This document shows positions 35,437 through 45,273 of a stretch of 64,000 bases of DNA, in pieces. Origin of the DNA: a bacterium (GTDB taxonomy: Bacteria; Patescibacteriota; Patescibacteriia; JAGPKW01). Position 1 is the first letter of the stretch. The number at the start of each line of letters is the position of its first letter. The translations under genes were made by a program, and so were the position numbers. The notes below the pieces were generated by a model. The model ran no database searches, had not been told where the DNA came from, and was given only the letters and a program-made list of their open reading frames with translations. The stretch lies in contig JAJXYN010000012.1 of NCBI GenBank assembly GCA_021780535.1, forward strand, positions 5,688-69,687. The letters run 5' to 3'.

Positions 35437-36903
35437 ATGTCTACATTATATCGTAAATATCGTCCTAAATTGTGGTCTGAGGTTTTTGGCCAAGAAAATA
35501 TAAAAAACACTTTAAAGAATGAAATTTTGAACAATAAACTTGCTCATGCTTATATTTTTGCTGGTTCTAGGGGTATTGGTAAAACTACAACTGCTAGGCT
35601 TTTTGCTAAAACTTTGAATTGTAAAAATAGAAAACCTAATGATATTGAACCTTGTTGTGCTTGTGATTCTTGTTTGGCTATTGATGGTGGAAGTAGTATG
35701 GAACTTATTGAAATTGATGCTGCTTCTAATACTGGTGTTGATGATGTTAGAGAACTTAGAAAACTTACAAGAATTCCTGCTTCTGTTGGTTCTTATAAAA
35801 TTTTTATTATAGATGAAGTTCATATGTTGTCTAAGCAAGCTTTTAATGCTTTATTAAAGACATTAGAAGAACCTCCTGAAAGAGTTATTTTTATTCTTGC
35901 TACTACAGAAATTAATAAAATATTAGATACTATTCTTTCTAGGTGTCAGATTTTTAAATTCAAAAAGGCTACTAATGAAGAAATTATTGCTGATTTAAAA
36001 TTGATTTGTGAGAAAGAAGGAATAGATGTTTCAAATGATGTTCTTTTACATGTTGCTGAAAAATCTACTGGTGGTTTTAGAGATGCTGAGAGTTTGCTTG
36101 GTCAGATATTATCTTCTTTAAATCAAAAAACTATAAACAAAGAAGATATAACTTATATAGTAAATAAAACGGATCAGGATTTTATTTTAAATTTTGTTGC
36201 AAGTATTTCTTCTAGGGATATAAAATCTTGTTTTAATATAATTTCTGAAGTTATAGAAACACAATCAAATTTTGATGATTATGTTTTAGATCTTATAGAA
36301 ATATTTAGAAAAATTTTGATTTACAAATACAACCCTGATTGTATGGAAAATTGGAAGAATTTAAATAGCGATATAAAAAATTCTATAGAGAAAACATCAA
36401 AAGAACTCGATTTTAGTAGATTATCTATAGTTATTAAAAAATTAATTCAAGTTAAATTAGATATAAAAAATTGTGATATTATCCAATTACCATTAGAAAT
36501 TGCTGTTGTGGAAATGTGTGAGGAGAAAATGGATGGGCATTCTGATGTAATGCCTGTAGGAAATAATAAATCCAACAATGTTTTAATGGATGTTAAAAAA
36601 TCAGCCTCTGCTGAAGCTACGACAGACAAGGATGTTTCTGTTTTGGATATTTTAAATGACGATGAACCTAAACCAGATATTATAGAAGTTGTTAAAAAAA
36701 ATGGTTTATTGAATCATGTTGATCCTTTAAAGAGAGATAGAATGATGAAAAAATTTGGATTGAATAAAAATGCTGTGACGCAAAATATTACATCTACACA
36801 AGAAAGTGGTAACGTTTTAGTGGATGTTAAAAAAAATGAACCAGAACAAGATGTCTCAGTTTTTGATATATTAAAAGATGAATTTGCCGAAAATTTAGAA
36901 TAA
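35437..36903 (+). CDS. dnaX: DNA polymerase III subunit gamma/tau
   Basis: YRPKLWSEVFGQE..., Walker A AGSRGIGKTT, zinc module CCACDSC, and DEVHML. Size is 488 aa. Confidence 0.9.
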   Translation: MSTLYRKYRPKLWSEVFGQENIKNTLKNEILNNKLAHAYIFAGSRGIGKTTTARLFAKTLNCKNRKPNDIEPCCACDSCLAIDGGSSMELIEIDAASNTGVDDVRELRKLTRIPASVGSYKIFIIDEVHMLSKQAFNALLKTLEEPPERVIFILATTEINKILDTILSRCQIFKFKKATNEEIIADLKLICEKEGIDVSNDVLLHVAEKSTGGFRDAESLLGQILSSLNQKTINKEDITYIVNKTDQDFILNFVASISSRDIKSCFNIISEVIETQSNFDDYVLDLIEIFRKILIYKYNPDCMENWKNLNSDIKNSIEKTSKELDFSRLSIVIKKLIQVKLDIKNCDIIQLPLEIAVVEMCEEKMDGHSDVMPVGNNKSNNVLMDVKKSASAEATTDKDVSVLDILNDDEPKPDIIEVVKKNGLLNHVDPLKRDRMMKKFGLNKNAVTQNITSTQESGNVLVDVKKNEPEQDVSVFDILKDEFAENLE

Positions 36904-36914
36904 ATTAAAATAAA

Positions 36915-36950
36915 AAATGTAGATGTTTATTATCTACATTTTTTATTTTT
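36915..36950 (+). terminator. bidirectional terminator between dnaX and trmD
   Basis: ATGTAGAT-gtttatt-ATCTACAT followed by TTTTTATTTTTTT. Confidence 0.6.
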
Positions 36951-37608
36951 TTGTCTTATTCTTTTCTTGCCAATCTTTTATTAGTTTATGATTGCCAGAT
37001 TTTAATATTTCTGGAATTTTTAATTCTATCGTTTTTCCATTTTTTTTAAATTTAAATATTTCTGGTTTTGTGTATTGTGGATATTCTGTGTCATTATTGT
37101 CATAAAAAGAATCTTGTTTGAAACTTTCTTCATTTCCAAGTACGCCTGGCAATAGTCTTGTTATTGAATCTACGAGTATCATTGCTGGAATATTACCGTT
37201 TGTTAATACATAATCTCCAATTGATATTTTTTTATCTATAAATTCATCTATTCTTGAATCTATTCCTTCATAATGTCCATTTATCATGACTATTTGGTCT
37301 AGTTTTGAAAATTCTTTTGCTAGTTTTTGATTGTATTTTTCTCCGGTTGGTGTGAATAGAATTATTTTGCTATTTTTTGAGAGTTTTATTTTTTTGAGAG
37401 TTTTATATATGGGCTCTATTTTCATAAGCATCCCTGGTCCACCACCATAAGGAGTGTCGTCAACGGTTCTGTGGCTATCTGTTGTGTTGTCTCTAATGTT
37501 GTGGATCTTTATTTTTATAATTTTTTCTTTTTGAGCGCGTTTAATGATGCTTTCATTAAAATATGAATCAAATATGTTTGGAAAAATTGTTAATATATCA
37601 AATTTCAT
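36943..37608 (-). CDS. trmD: tRNA (guanine37-N1)-methyltransferase
   Basis: MKFDILTIFP... and the DDTPYGGGPGM signature. Confidence 0.9.
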   Translation of the reverse strand: MKFDILTIFPNIFDSYFNESIIKRAQKEKIIKIKIHNIRDNTTDSHRTVDDTPYGGGPGMLMKIEPIYKTLKKIKLSKNSKIILFTPTGEKYNQKLAKEFSKLDQIVMINGHYEGIDSRIDEFIDKKISIGDYVLTNGNIPAMILVDSITRLLPGVLGNEESFKQDSFYDNNDTEYPQYTKPEIFKFKKNGKTIELKIPEILKSGNHKLIKDWQEKNKTKK

Positions 37609-37845
37609 TTTATTGTCTAATATTTATATTGTTAATTATATAGGTTAAACTATTAATTTGCCAAATTTTTATAATATGATCATATTTAGCTAATTTTATT
37701 ATTGTTTATAAACTATTAAATTATGTGGTTACAAAATATTGTAAAATCCATATCTCTTTTATTTTTGATTTATTTAAACTATAATGGAACGTACGAGTGT
37801 TTCTAGTGGAATACTAATAGAAATAATTATTTAAATTATAAAAAT

Positions 37846-38463
37846 ATGATAGTTGTTGATGTTGAAACTACTGGTACGAATCCTTATAAACATTGTATAG
37901 TTAGTATTGGGGCTGTTGAATTTGAAAATCCTTCTAATACTTTTTATAGAGAATGTCAGATTTTCGAAGGAGCTGAAATTGATCTTACTGCTATGAGGGT
38001 GAATGGTTTTTCTATGGATGAAATAAGAGACCCGAATAAAAAAACTTTAGAACAAGTGATGAAAGAATTTTTGAATTGGTGTTCAAGTTTTTATAACAAG
38101 ACTATCATTGCTCATAATGCTGGATTTGATTTTGGTTTTTTGGAGCAATCTTGTAAACGATATAATATTTATTGGCAATTTGGTTTTAGATCTATTGATA
38201 TTCATACAACTTGTTATTTAGATATGATGGCTAAGAATATAGAGATACCAATGATGTATGGTACTAGTGGAATTAGTCTAAATAAAGTTCTTGAATATTG
38301 TGGTCTTCCAAGAGAACCAGAACCACATAATGCTTTAAATGGTGCTAAATATGAGACTGAGTCTATGCATAGACTTTTAGAAGGGAAGAGTGTTTATCCT
38401 GAGTTTACTTCTTTTAAGATACCGAATTATCTTATGAAAACTAAACAAGCTACTTTGTTTTAA
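37846..38463 (+). CDS. DEDDh 3'-5' exonuclease (DnaQ/epsilon-like)
   Basis: Exo I VVDVETTG, Exo II AHNAGFDFGFL, and Exo III H-x4-D in HNALNGAKYE. Confidence 0.75.
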   Translation: MIVVDVETTGTNPYKHCIVSIGAVEFENPSNTFYRECQIFEGAEIDLTAMRVNGFSMDEIRDPNKKTLEQVMKEFLNWCSSFYNKTIIAHNAGFDFGFLEQSCKRYNIYWQFGFRSIDIHTTCYLDMMAKNIEIPMMYGTSGISLNKVLEYCGLPREPEPHNALNGAKYETESMHRLLEGKSVYPEFTSFKIPNYLMKTKQATLF

Positions 38464-38515
38464 GATAAAACAAAAAATACTGATTTAACTCAGTATTTTT
38501 TAGTTCTAAATAATA

Positions 38516-38848
38516 TTAGATTGTGAAGTTTTCGATTCCTTCTGTTGAAGGAGCTTTTTCTTCGTAAGCGTCTCTATCTTCATATCTTGGTCTTGAACCT
38601 TCTGGTTCAACAATTTTTAGATTAACTCTAGCATTGTTTTTTGCACCAACAATTTTTAACAAAGTTCTGATAGCTCTAGCTGTTTGGCCTTTTCTACCAA
38701 TAATTTGTCCCATGTCTTCTGGGTTTAAATTTAATGTAATTAACACACCCATTTCATCAATTGTTCTTTCCAACTTTATATCATCTGGGAATTGTACTAT
38801 TGACTTAACGATGAAATCAACAAATTCTAAATCTTTTTGATCTGACAT
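38516..38848 (-). CDS. KH-domain RNA-binding protein (KhpA/YlqC-like)
   Basis: The KH core IGRKGQTARAIRTLLK; located between rpsP and trmD as in many bacteria. Confidence 0.75.
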   Translation of the reverse strand: MSDQKDLEFVDFIVKSIVQFPDDIKLERTIDEMGVLITLNLNPEDMGQIIGRKGQTARAIRTLLKIVGAKNNARVNLKIVEPEGSRPRYEDRDAYEEKAPSTEGIENFTI

Positions 38849-39020
38849 ATTTTTATTCCTTATCGTTCTTATAATATTTTATTAAGAACTTTTATTAAAA
38901 TTAGTTAAATAAATAATAGATTAGTGTATAGCTGAAAGCGATTATTTTTGGTTTTGGCCGACCTTTTAAAAAAATCACTTTTAGCTTCCACTAATCTATT
39001 TGTAGTTGTCTATATTTAAG

Positions 39021-39422
39021 TTAAGCTTGAGGATTTTCTGTAGATTCTGTAGCTGGTTTTGCAGCTTCTTCGGCTTCTTTTGCTTCTTTTGCTTTTTTAG
39101 CTTCAGCTTCAGCCTTTTTCTTTGTTTCTTCTTTTGCTTTTTTTACTTTTGTAGGAATGTAGAAAGTTTTAACTTTTTTTCCTTCTATAACTCCATTTTT
39201 AACTAGGATGTTATTTACTGTTTCTGATGTCCCAGCTCCTTTTGATATCCAAAATTGAATTCTTTCTTTATTTAATTCAACTTTTTTATCTTTACTTGCA
39301 GGATGATAATGACCTAAGTATTCTAAAACTGATGAGTTTGTAGCCTTAGATTTCTCTGAAATAATCAATCTGTATGAAGGTTGACTTTTCTTACCAATTC
39401 TTTGTAGTCTGATTGTTAACAT
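39021..39422 (-). CDS. rpsP: 30S ribosomal protein S16 with a Lys/Ala/Glu-rich C-terminal extension
   Basis: MLTIRLQRIGKKSQPSYRLII... is the canonical S16 N-terminus. Confidence 0.9.
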   Translation of the reverse strand: MLTIRLQRIGKKSQPSYRLIISEKSKATNSSVLEYLGHYHPASKDKKVELNKERIQFWISKGAGTSETVNNILVKNGVIEGKKVKTFYIPTKVKKAKEETKKKAEAEAKKAKEAKEAEEAAKPATESTENPQA

Positions 39423-39750
39423 GAATATCAGTTAATTAATAATTTAAATATTAATTAACATTGTACTATGTTTTTGAGCCGAAGTCAATAATAAAAAACC
39501 AAAACTGAAAAAATCAAGAACCAAAACAAAACGAAAATATTTCTAGTTTTAAAATTTGGTTTTTAAAATTTGAATTTGTTTTGGTTTTTGGTTTTTTCAG
39601 TTTTTAATTTAAAATATTATTCATCTAACATAAGGTAAATTTCATGTCTAGTCTTTACATCTTTTATCTCCTATGGTATATTTTTTATATCGAACCAAGA
39701 ATATTGGTTTTTTATTATTACAAGATATTTAAAAGAAAGGTAAAAAAATT

Positions 39751-40221
39751 ATGCAAGGAATACAGAAACATTATGTATCTCAAGAAGGATATGATGAAAT
39801 TAAAAAAGATTTAGAATATAGAAAAATTGATTTAAGGAAAGAGATTTCTGACAGGATTAAAATTGCTAAAGATTTTGGTGATTTATCTGAAAATGCTGCC
39901 TATACTGAAGCAAGAGAAGCTCAAAATGATAATGAAGCAAAAATAAGAGAATTGGAAGATATTATTCTCACCGTTGAAGTTGTTAAAGCTGATAAAGGAA
40001 TAAATAAAATACAAATAGGTTCTAAATTTGTAGTTGAACTAAACGGAAAAGAAAATACTTATTATTTAGTTGGATCAACTGAAGCTGACCCTGCTACATT
40101 TAAAATTTCTAATGAATCTCCACTTGGTATGGTATTTTTAGGGAAAAAGGCTGGAGATGAAGCTGAGTTTAAGGGACCATCTGGGACTATTATGAAATTT
40201 AAAATCAAAAAAATTCTTTAA
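39751..40221 (+). CDS. greA: transcription elongation factor GreA
   Basis: The N-terminal coiled-coil LSENAAYTEAREAQ and the C-terminal FKBP-like domain. Size is 156 aa. Confidence 0.9.
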   Translation: MQGIQKHYVSQEGYDEIKKDLEYRKIDLRKEISDRIKIAKDFGDLSENAAYTEAREAQNDNEAKIRELEDIILTVEVVKADKGINKIQIGSKFVVELNGKENTYYLVGSTEADPATFKISNESPLGMVFLGKKAGDEAEFKGPSGTIMKFKIKKIL

Positions 40222-40291
40222 AATTTCTTATGTGCTAGTAATTATGCTAAAAATCTTGGGGTTTCCTGAGATTTTTTATTTCTGTTAATAA

Positions 40292-40318
40292 TTAGCACTT
40301 GACACTTTAGAGTGCTAA
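40292..40318 (+). promoter_or_regulatory. CIRCE operator (HrcA binding site)
   Basis: TTAGCACTT-gacacttta-GAGTGCTAA matches the CIRCE consensus TTAGCACTC-N9-GAGTGCTAA with one mismatch, 33 nt upstream of hrcA. Confidence 0.9.
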
Positions 40319-40350
40319 TAGTAAAATAATATTTAGGTAAGTATTTATTT

Positions 40351-41034
40351 ATGAAAAATTTAACAAATAGACAACGGGAATTATTAAAAATAATTATAGA
40401 AAATTATATAGATACAAGTATTCCGGTTGGTTCTAAACAAATAACAGAAAGATTAGATCTTAGTTCAGCTACTATACGTAACGAGATGGCTGAACTTGAA
40501 TCTTTTGGGTATTTAATTCAACCGCATATTTCTGCTGGTAGAATCCCCACAGAAGAAGCTTATGTGTTTTATGTTAATAATTTTTTACTAAACACTAAAA
40601 TATCTTCTTCAGATGAGGTTTTGTTGGCTGAAGTGCAAGATGAAAATCCAAGAGAGTACTATAAAAAAATAGCTAAAAAATTAGCTGAAATGTTAAATTT
40701 AGCTATAATAATATCTTTTTCTAAAAATGATATTTATTTTACTGGTATTTCTGGTCTTTTTACACAAACTGAATTTAAAAAAGATTTTGTTTGTCTGTCT
40801 GATTTTACGTCTTTACTTGATCATTTAGATGAAAAACATTCTTTTATTTTTGATCATCTAAAAAACGATATAAATATTAATATAGGTTTAGATAACCCTT
40901 TTTCTGAATTTTGCGGGTCTGTAATAATAAAATTTAATAATGGATATATTATGTCTGTTATTGGACCAATTAGAATGAATTATGCAAGAGTGTTAAATTG
41001 TTTAAATTATATTAAAAACAATTTTAAAATTTAA
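40351..41034 (+). CDS. hrcA: heat-inducible transcription repressor HrcA (short form)
   Basis: The N-terminal winged HTH (TNRQRELLKIIIENYIDTSIPVGSKQI...LSSATIRNEMAELE); CIRCE upstream and grpE downstream. Confidence 0.85.
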   Translation: MKNLTNRQRELLKIIIENYIDTSIPVGSKQITERLDLSSATIRNEMAELESFGYLIQPHISAGRIPTEEAYVFYVNNFLLNTKISSSDEVLLAEVQDENPREYYKKIAKKLAEMLNLAIIISFSKNDIYFTGISGLFTQTEFKKDFVCLSDFTSLLDHLDEKHSFIFDHLKNDININIGLDNPFSEFCGSVIIKFNNGYIMSVIGPIRMNYARVLNCLNYIKNNFKI

Positions 41035-41054
41035 GAATTTAAGAATTTAAAAAT

Positions 41055-41573
41055 ATGAATGAAGAAGAAAAAGTTGAAGATCCGCTTTCGCAAGAAATTA
41101 TAGCGGAAGAAGAAAATAAAAAAAAAGAAGAAGCAATAAAGGAAGTTAATATAGATTATAAAGATATGGCATTAAGAGCTCTTGCAGACCTTGATAATTA
41201 TAAAAAAAGAAGTGAAGACGATAAACAAGAATTTAGAAAAATGGCTAATTTCAATGTAATATCTGAATTTTTGGATATTTACAATAATTTAAAACAGGCG
41301 GAAAGTTTTATTCCAGAAAATCAAAAGGAACTTGGTTGGGTAAAAGGAGTTATTATGATAACAACCCAGTTTAAAGAAAGATTTGGCCAATTTGGTTTGG
41401 AAGAATTTAATGTTTTAGGTGAAGTTTTTGATCATAATACCATGGAAGCTATATCTACTGATCAGGATAAATCAAAAAAGGAAGATATTGTTCTGAGGGA
41501 GATAAGTCCAGGTTTTAAAATGGGTGATAGAATAGTGCAACATGCGAGAGTAGTTGTGAATAAAATAAAATAA
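41055..41573 (+). CDS. grpE: nucleotide exchange factor GrpE
   Basis: DYKDMALRALADLDNYKKR... and the C-terminal beta-domain. Confidence 0.85.
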   Translation: MNEEEKVEDPLSQEIIAEEENKKKEEAIKEVNIDYKDMALRALADLDNYKKRSEDDKQEFRKMANFNVISEFLDIYNNLKQAESFIPENQKELGWVKGVIMITTQFKERFGQFGLEEFNVLGEVFDHNTMEAISTDQDKSKKEDIVLREISPGFKMGDRIVQHARVVVNKIK

Positions 41574-41650
41574 ATTTAAAAATTTGAAATATTTAATTAA
41601 TCTAATAAATACGTGAATTGATTTAATTTACGTATAAAGGAACTATTATT

Positions 41651-42079
41651 ATGTCTATTATAAAATATAATCCTTTTAATGAAGTAGAGAATCTTTGGGA
41701 TAATTTTTTTAATGATGATAAATTTATTCCTATGGCTTCAAGATCTATTCCTATGATGCCACCTATGGATGTTTACGATGACAAAGATAATGTTTATGTT
41801 GATGTTGCTTTGTCTGGTGTTGATCCAAAAGATGTAAATATAGAAATAGAAAATGGATTACTTTGTGTAAGTGGTAATGTTGAAAAGAAAACTGAAATTG
41901 ATGAGAAAAATTATTATAAAAAAGAAATAAGAAGAAGTGCTTTTTCTAGAAAAATTGCATTACCAAGTGAAGTTGATAGTGAAAAGGCTCAAGCTACTTA
42001 TACTAATGGAGTTTTAAAAATATCTGTTCCGAAGAAAAATGAAGCGAAGTCTAAAAAAATTGAAGTAAAAATAAAATAA
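41651..42079 (+). CDS. Hsp20/alpha-crystallin small heat-shock protein
   Basis: The alpha-crystallin domain, ending ...ATYTNGVLKISVPKK. Confidence 0.85.
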   Translation: MSIIKYNPFNEVENLWDNFFNDDKFIPMASRSIPMMPPMDVYDDKDNVYVDVALSGVDPKDVNIEIENGLLCVSGNVEKKTEIDEKNYYKKEIRRSAFSRKIALPSEVDSEKAQATYTNGVLKISVPKKNEAKSKKIEVKIK

Positions 42080-42131
42080 AATAAAATATTATTTAAATTT
42101 AAATTAAAAATTAATTAAACATAAAAAATAT

Positions 42132-44051
42132 ATGGGAAAGATTCTTGGTATCGATTTAGGTACAACAAATTCATGTATGGCTATAATAGAGGGTGGTAAA
42201 TATACTATTTTGGAAAATAAAGAAGGTGCTAGAACTACTCCTTCTGTTGTTGCTGAAACAAAAACAGGAGAAAGAATAGTTGGGCAAGTTGCAAAAAGAC
42301 AATCGGTGACTAATCCTAAAAATACTCTTTATTCTGTAAAAAGACTTATTGGTAGAAAATATTCAGATGCATCAGTGACTCGTGATAAAGCATTGCTCCC
42401 TTATGAAATAAAACAAGGACCAAATGATTCTATAAAAGTTGTTATGAATGGTAAGGAATATGCTTCAGAAGAAATATCTGCTATGGTTTTGAGAAAATTA
42501 AAAGAAGATGCAGAAGCTAAACTTGGTGAAAAAATAACAGAAGCTGTTATCACTGTTCCTGCTTATTTTGATGATTCACAAAGACAAGCCACAAAAAATG
42601 CTGGTCAAATTGCTGGTCTTGAAGTTAAGAGAATTATTAATGAACCTACAGCTGCAGCTTTGGCATATGGTTTTAATAAGAATAAAAATGAGAAAATTTT
42701 AATTTATGATTTTGGTGGTGGTACTTTTGATGTTTCTGTTCTTGAAGTTGATGAAGTTGATGGAGAATTATCAGTAGAAGTTAAAGCTACTAATGGAGAT
42801 ACACATCTTGGTGGCGATGATCTTGATAATGCTATTATAAATTATTTAATAGCTGAATTTAAAAAAGAAAAAGGCGTTGATTTATCAAATGATCAAATGG
42901 CTGTTCAAAGATTAAAAGAAGCTGCTGAAAAATCTAAAATTGAGCTTTCTTCTTCTCTTGAATCTCAAATTTCATTACCATTTATTACAAATACATCTGC
43001 TGGTCCAGAACATATGGAAATGAGACTTACAAGAGCTAAACTTGAAGAGATAGCTTCTCCTTTTATTGAAAGGACAAAAGCTCCTGTTGAAAATGCTTTA
43101 AGAGATTCTGGTGTTTCTAAATCTGATATTGCTCAAATTGTTCTTGTTGGAGGACAAACTAGAATGCCTGCTATGATTAAATTCGTAGAAGATTATTTTG
43201 GCAAAAAAGCTAATGCTACTGTTAACCCTGATGAGGTGGTTGCTGCTGGTGCCGCTGTACAAGCTGGAGTTTTACAAGGTGATGTTAAAGATGTTTTGCT
43301 TCTTGATGTTACTCCATTAACTCTTGGAATTGAGACTATGGGTGGGATAAGAACTCCATTAATAGCAAGAAATACAACTATACCAACTTCTAAATCTCAA
43401 GTGTTTTCTACGGCTGTTGATAATCAACCATCTGTTGAAATTCATGTTTTGCAAGGTGAGAGAGAAATGGCTGCTGACAATAAAACACTTGGTAGATTTA
43501 CTTTAGATGGTATTATGTCTGCTCCAAGAGGAGTTCCTCAAATTGAGGTAACTTTTGATCTTGATGCAAACGGTATTTTAAATGTAAAAGCTAAAGATAA
43601 GGCTACAAATAAAGAACAACATATTACAATTACAGCTTCTACAACTCTTTCAAAGGAAGAAGTTGAAAAAATGGCTCATGAAGCAGAATTACATGCTGAA
43701 GAAGATAAAAAGAAAAAAGAGATTATTGAAATTAGAAACGAAGGAGAATCATTGATTTATCAAACAGAAAAAATGATGAAAGAAAATGATGCTAAATTTA
43801 CAGCTGATGATAAAACAAATCTTGAAGGAAGGATTAAAAACCTTAAAGATATCTTGGCCAAAACGGATGCAACTCATGATGAGATTAAAAAAGAGGTAAG
43901 TGCATTATCTGAAGAAGCCCAAAAGATTGGTACAAAAATGTATCAAAATCAACAACAAGCTCAACCTCAAGGTAATCCTGAAGCTTCACAAGAAGCTCCA
44001 AAAGCTGAAGAACAAGAAACCGTTAACGGAGAGTTTGAAGAAAAGAAGTAG
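42132..44051 (+). CDS. dnaK: molecular chaperone DnaK (Hsp70)
   Basis: [20 protein letters not shown] and [10 protein letters not shown] motifs. Size is 639 aa. Confidence 0.95.
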   Translation: MGKILGIDLGTTNSCMAIIEGGKYTILENKEGARTTPSVVAETKTGERIVGQVAKRQSVTNPKNTLYSVKRLIGRKYSDASVTRDKALLPYEIKQGPNDSIKVVMNGKEYASEEISAMVLRKLKEDAEAKLGEKITEAVITVPAYFDDSQRQATKNAGQIAGLEVKRIINEPTAAALAYGFNKNKNEKILIYDFGGGTFDVSVLEVDEVDGELSVEVKATNGDTHLGGDDLDNAIINYLIAEFKKEKGVDLSNDQMAVQRLKEAAEKSKIELSSSLESQISLPFITNTSAGPEHMEMRLTRAKLEEIASPFIERTKAPVENALRDSGVSKSDIAQIVLVGGQTRMPAMIKFVEDYFGKKANATVNPDEVVAAGAAVQAGVLQGDVKDVLLLDVTPLTLGIETMGGIRTPLIARNTTIPTSKSQVFSTAVDNQPSVEIHVLQGEREMAADNKTLGRFTLDGIMSAPRGVPQIEVTFDLDANGILNVKAKDKATNKEQHITITASTTLSKEEVEKMAHEAELHAEEDKKKKEIIEIRNEGESLIYQTEKMMKENDAKFTADDKTNLEGRIKNLKDILAKTDATHDEIKKEVSALSEEAQKIGTKMYQNQQQAQPQGNPEASQEAPKAEEQETVNGEFEEKK

Positions 44052-44167
44052 TTTTTAATTTAATTTTTTAAATTTATAAATAGTCTTTCAATAGACAGGA
44101 ATAATAATTTAGTTATTCCTGTTTGTTTGGTAGAATATTCATTATATAATTAATTGTTTCTAATATT

Positions 44168-45265
44168 ATGAAAGATTTACTTGGTGGTATTCCTGATTAT
44201 GTTAGTTCTCCTATGGAAAAAAAAATAAATTTTGAATTGTTTAGAGATTTACTTTCAGATAAATTTGGTTATGAAAATAATGTTATTTCTAATATTATTT
44301 TTAATATTAACCACAGTAATGAAAAAATAAAAAAAGAAGCTGAAAATAAAATAAGAAATTTAGACCAAAAAGATTTACCTGAAGTTGCTATTGTGAGTGC
44401 TAAAAAATTTTTTGATAGACTTTCTGTAGTTCAAAAATTTGGAGATAATAAAAATGATCCATTCTATATAACTTTAGAACAAATTGATTCTATTACTGAG
44501 TTAAATAATAATTCTAGAGCTATTTTATTGCAATGTTTAAATATCATTTTAAAAAGACAGCTAAAAAATAATTTTTCTAATTTAAATAAATTTATTGATG
44601 ATGATTTTAGGATTATTGTTGATTATGAAAAATTTGGGGAAGATGGTGTTAAAATAAAGCAAAAAACACAAGAACTTCATGAACAATTTAAAAATGATAA
44701 AAAAAATATAACAAACCCAGAATTATTTGAAATATTTAAAACTTGTGTTTTGAATGAATTTTTAGGAGAGAATAAATATTTAACTTCAAGAAGTTCTTTA
44801 TCTGACGATTATATATCTGGTGTTGATAATGTTATATTTAACACTGATACAAATAAAGTTATGTTTGCTTTTGATGAACTTGTGCAATATGGTGTTGATA
44901 GATTAGATGAAAAAGACGAAATTATAGAAAAAAGAAATAGGTTTGGTGGAGCTTTCCCTATGTTTATCCCAAAAAAAATTAATATAGATGGTGTTGATTA
45001 TATTGATATTGAATATAATAAAATAAAAGAAAAATATCCAATATTTTGTTTATATATTGATAAAGAAGAATTGTTAACTGGAATAAAATTAATAATAAAA
45101 AAATATTTATTAGATCAACAGGGAGATGATTACTCTTCTCAATTGAAAACCTTAAAAAATGCTTTTATGTTGAAGTTTAGGGAAGAAATTAAAAAACAAC
45201 AAAAATATATTGCTGATAAAAATAAATTGGCTGATATTAATGAATTTATAGAATTATTAAATTAA
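44168..45265 (+). CDS. hypothetical protein (365 aa) inserted between dnaK and dnaJ
   Basis: ORF only; no recognisable domain. Confidence 0.5.
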   Translation: MKDLLGGIPDYVSSPMEKKINFELFRDLLSDKFGYENNVISNIIFNINHSNEKIKKEAENKIRNLDQKDLPEVAIVSAKKFFDRLSVVQKFGDNKNDPFYITLEQIDSITELNNNSRAILLQCLNIILKRQLKNNFSNLNKFIDDDFRIIVDYEKFGEDGVKIKQKTQELHEQFKNDKKNITNPELFEIFKTCVLNEFLGENKYLTSRSSLSDDYISGVDNVIFNTDTNKVMFAFDELVQYGVDRLDEKDEIIEKRNRFGGAFPMFIPKKINIDGVDYIDIEYNKIKEKYPIFCLYIDKEELLTGIKLIIKKYLLDQQGDDYSSQLKTLKNAFMLKFREEIKKQQKYIADKNKLADINEFIELLN

Positions 45266-45273
45266 ATTAATTT

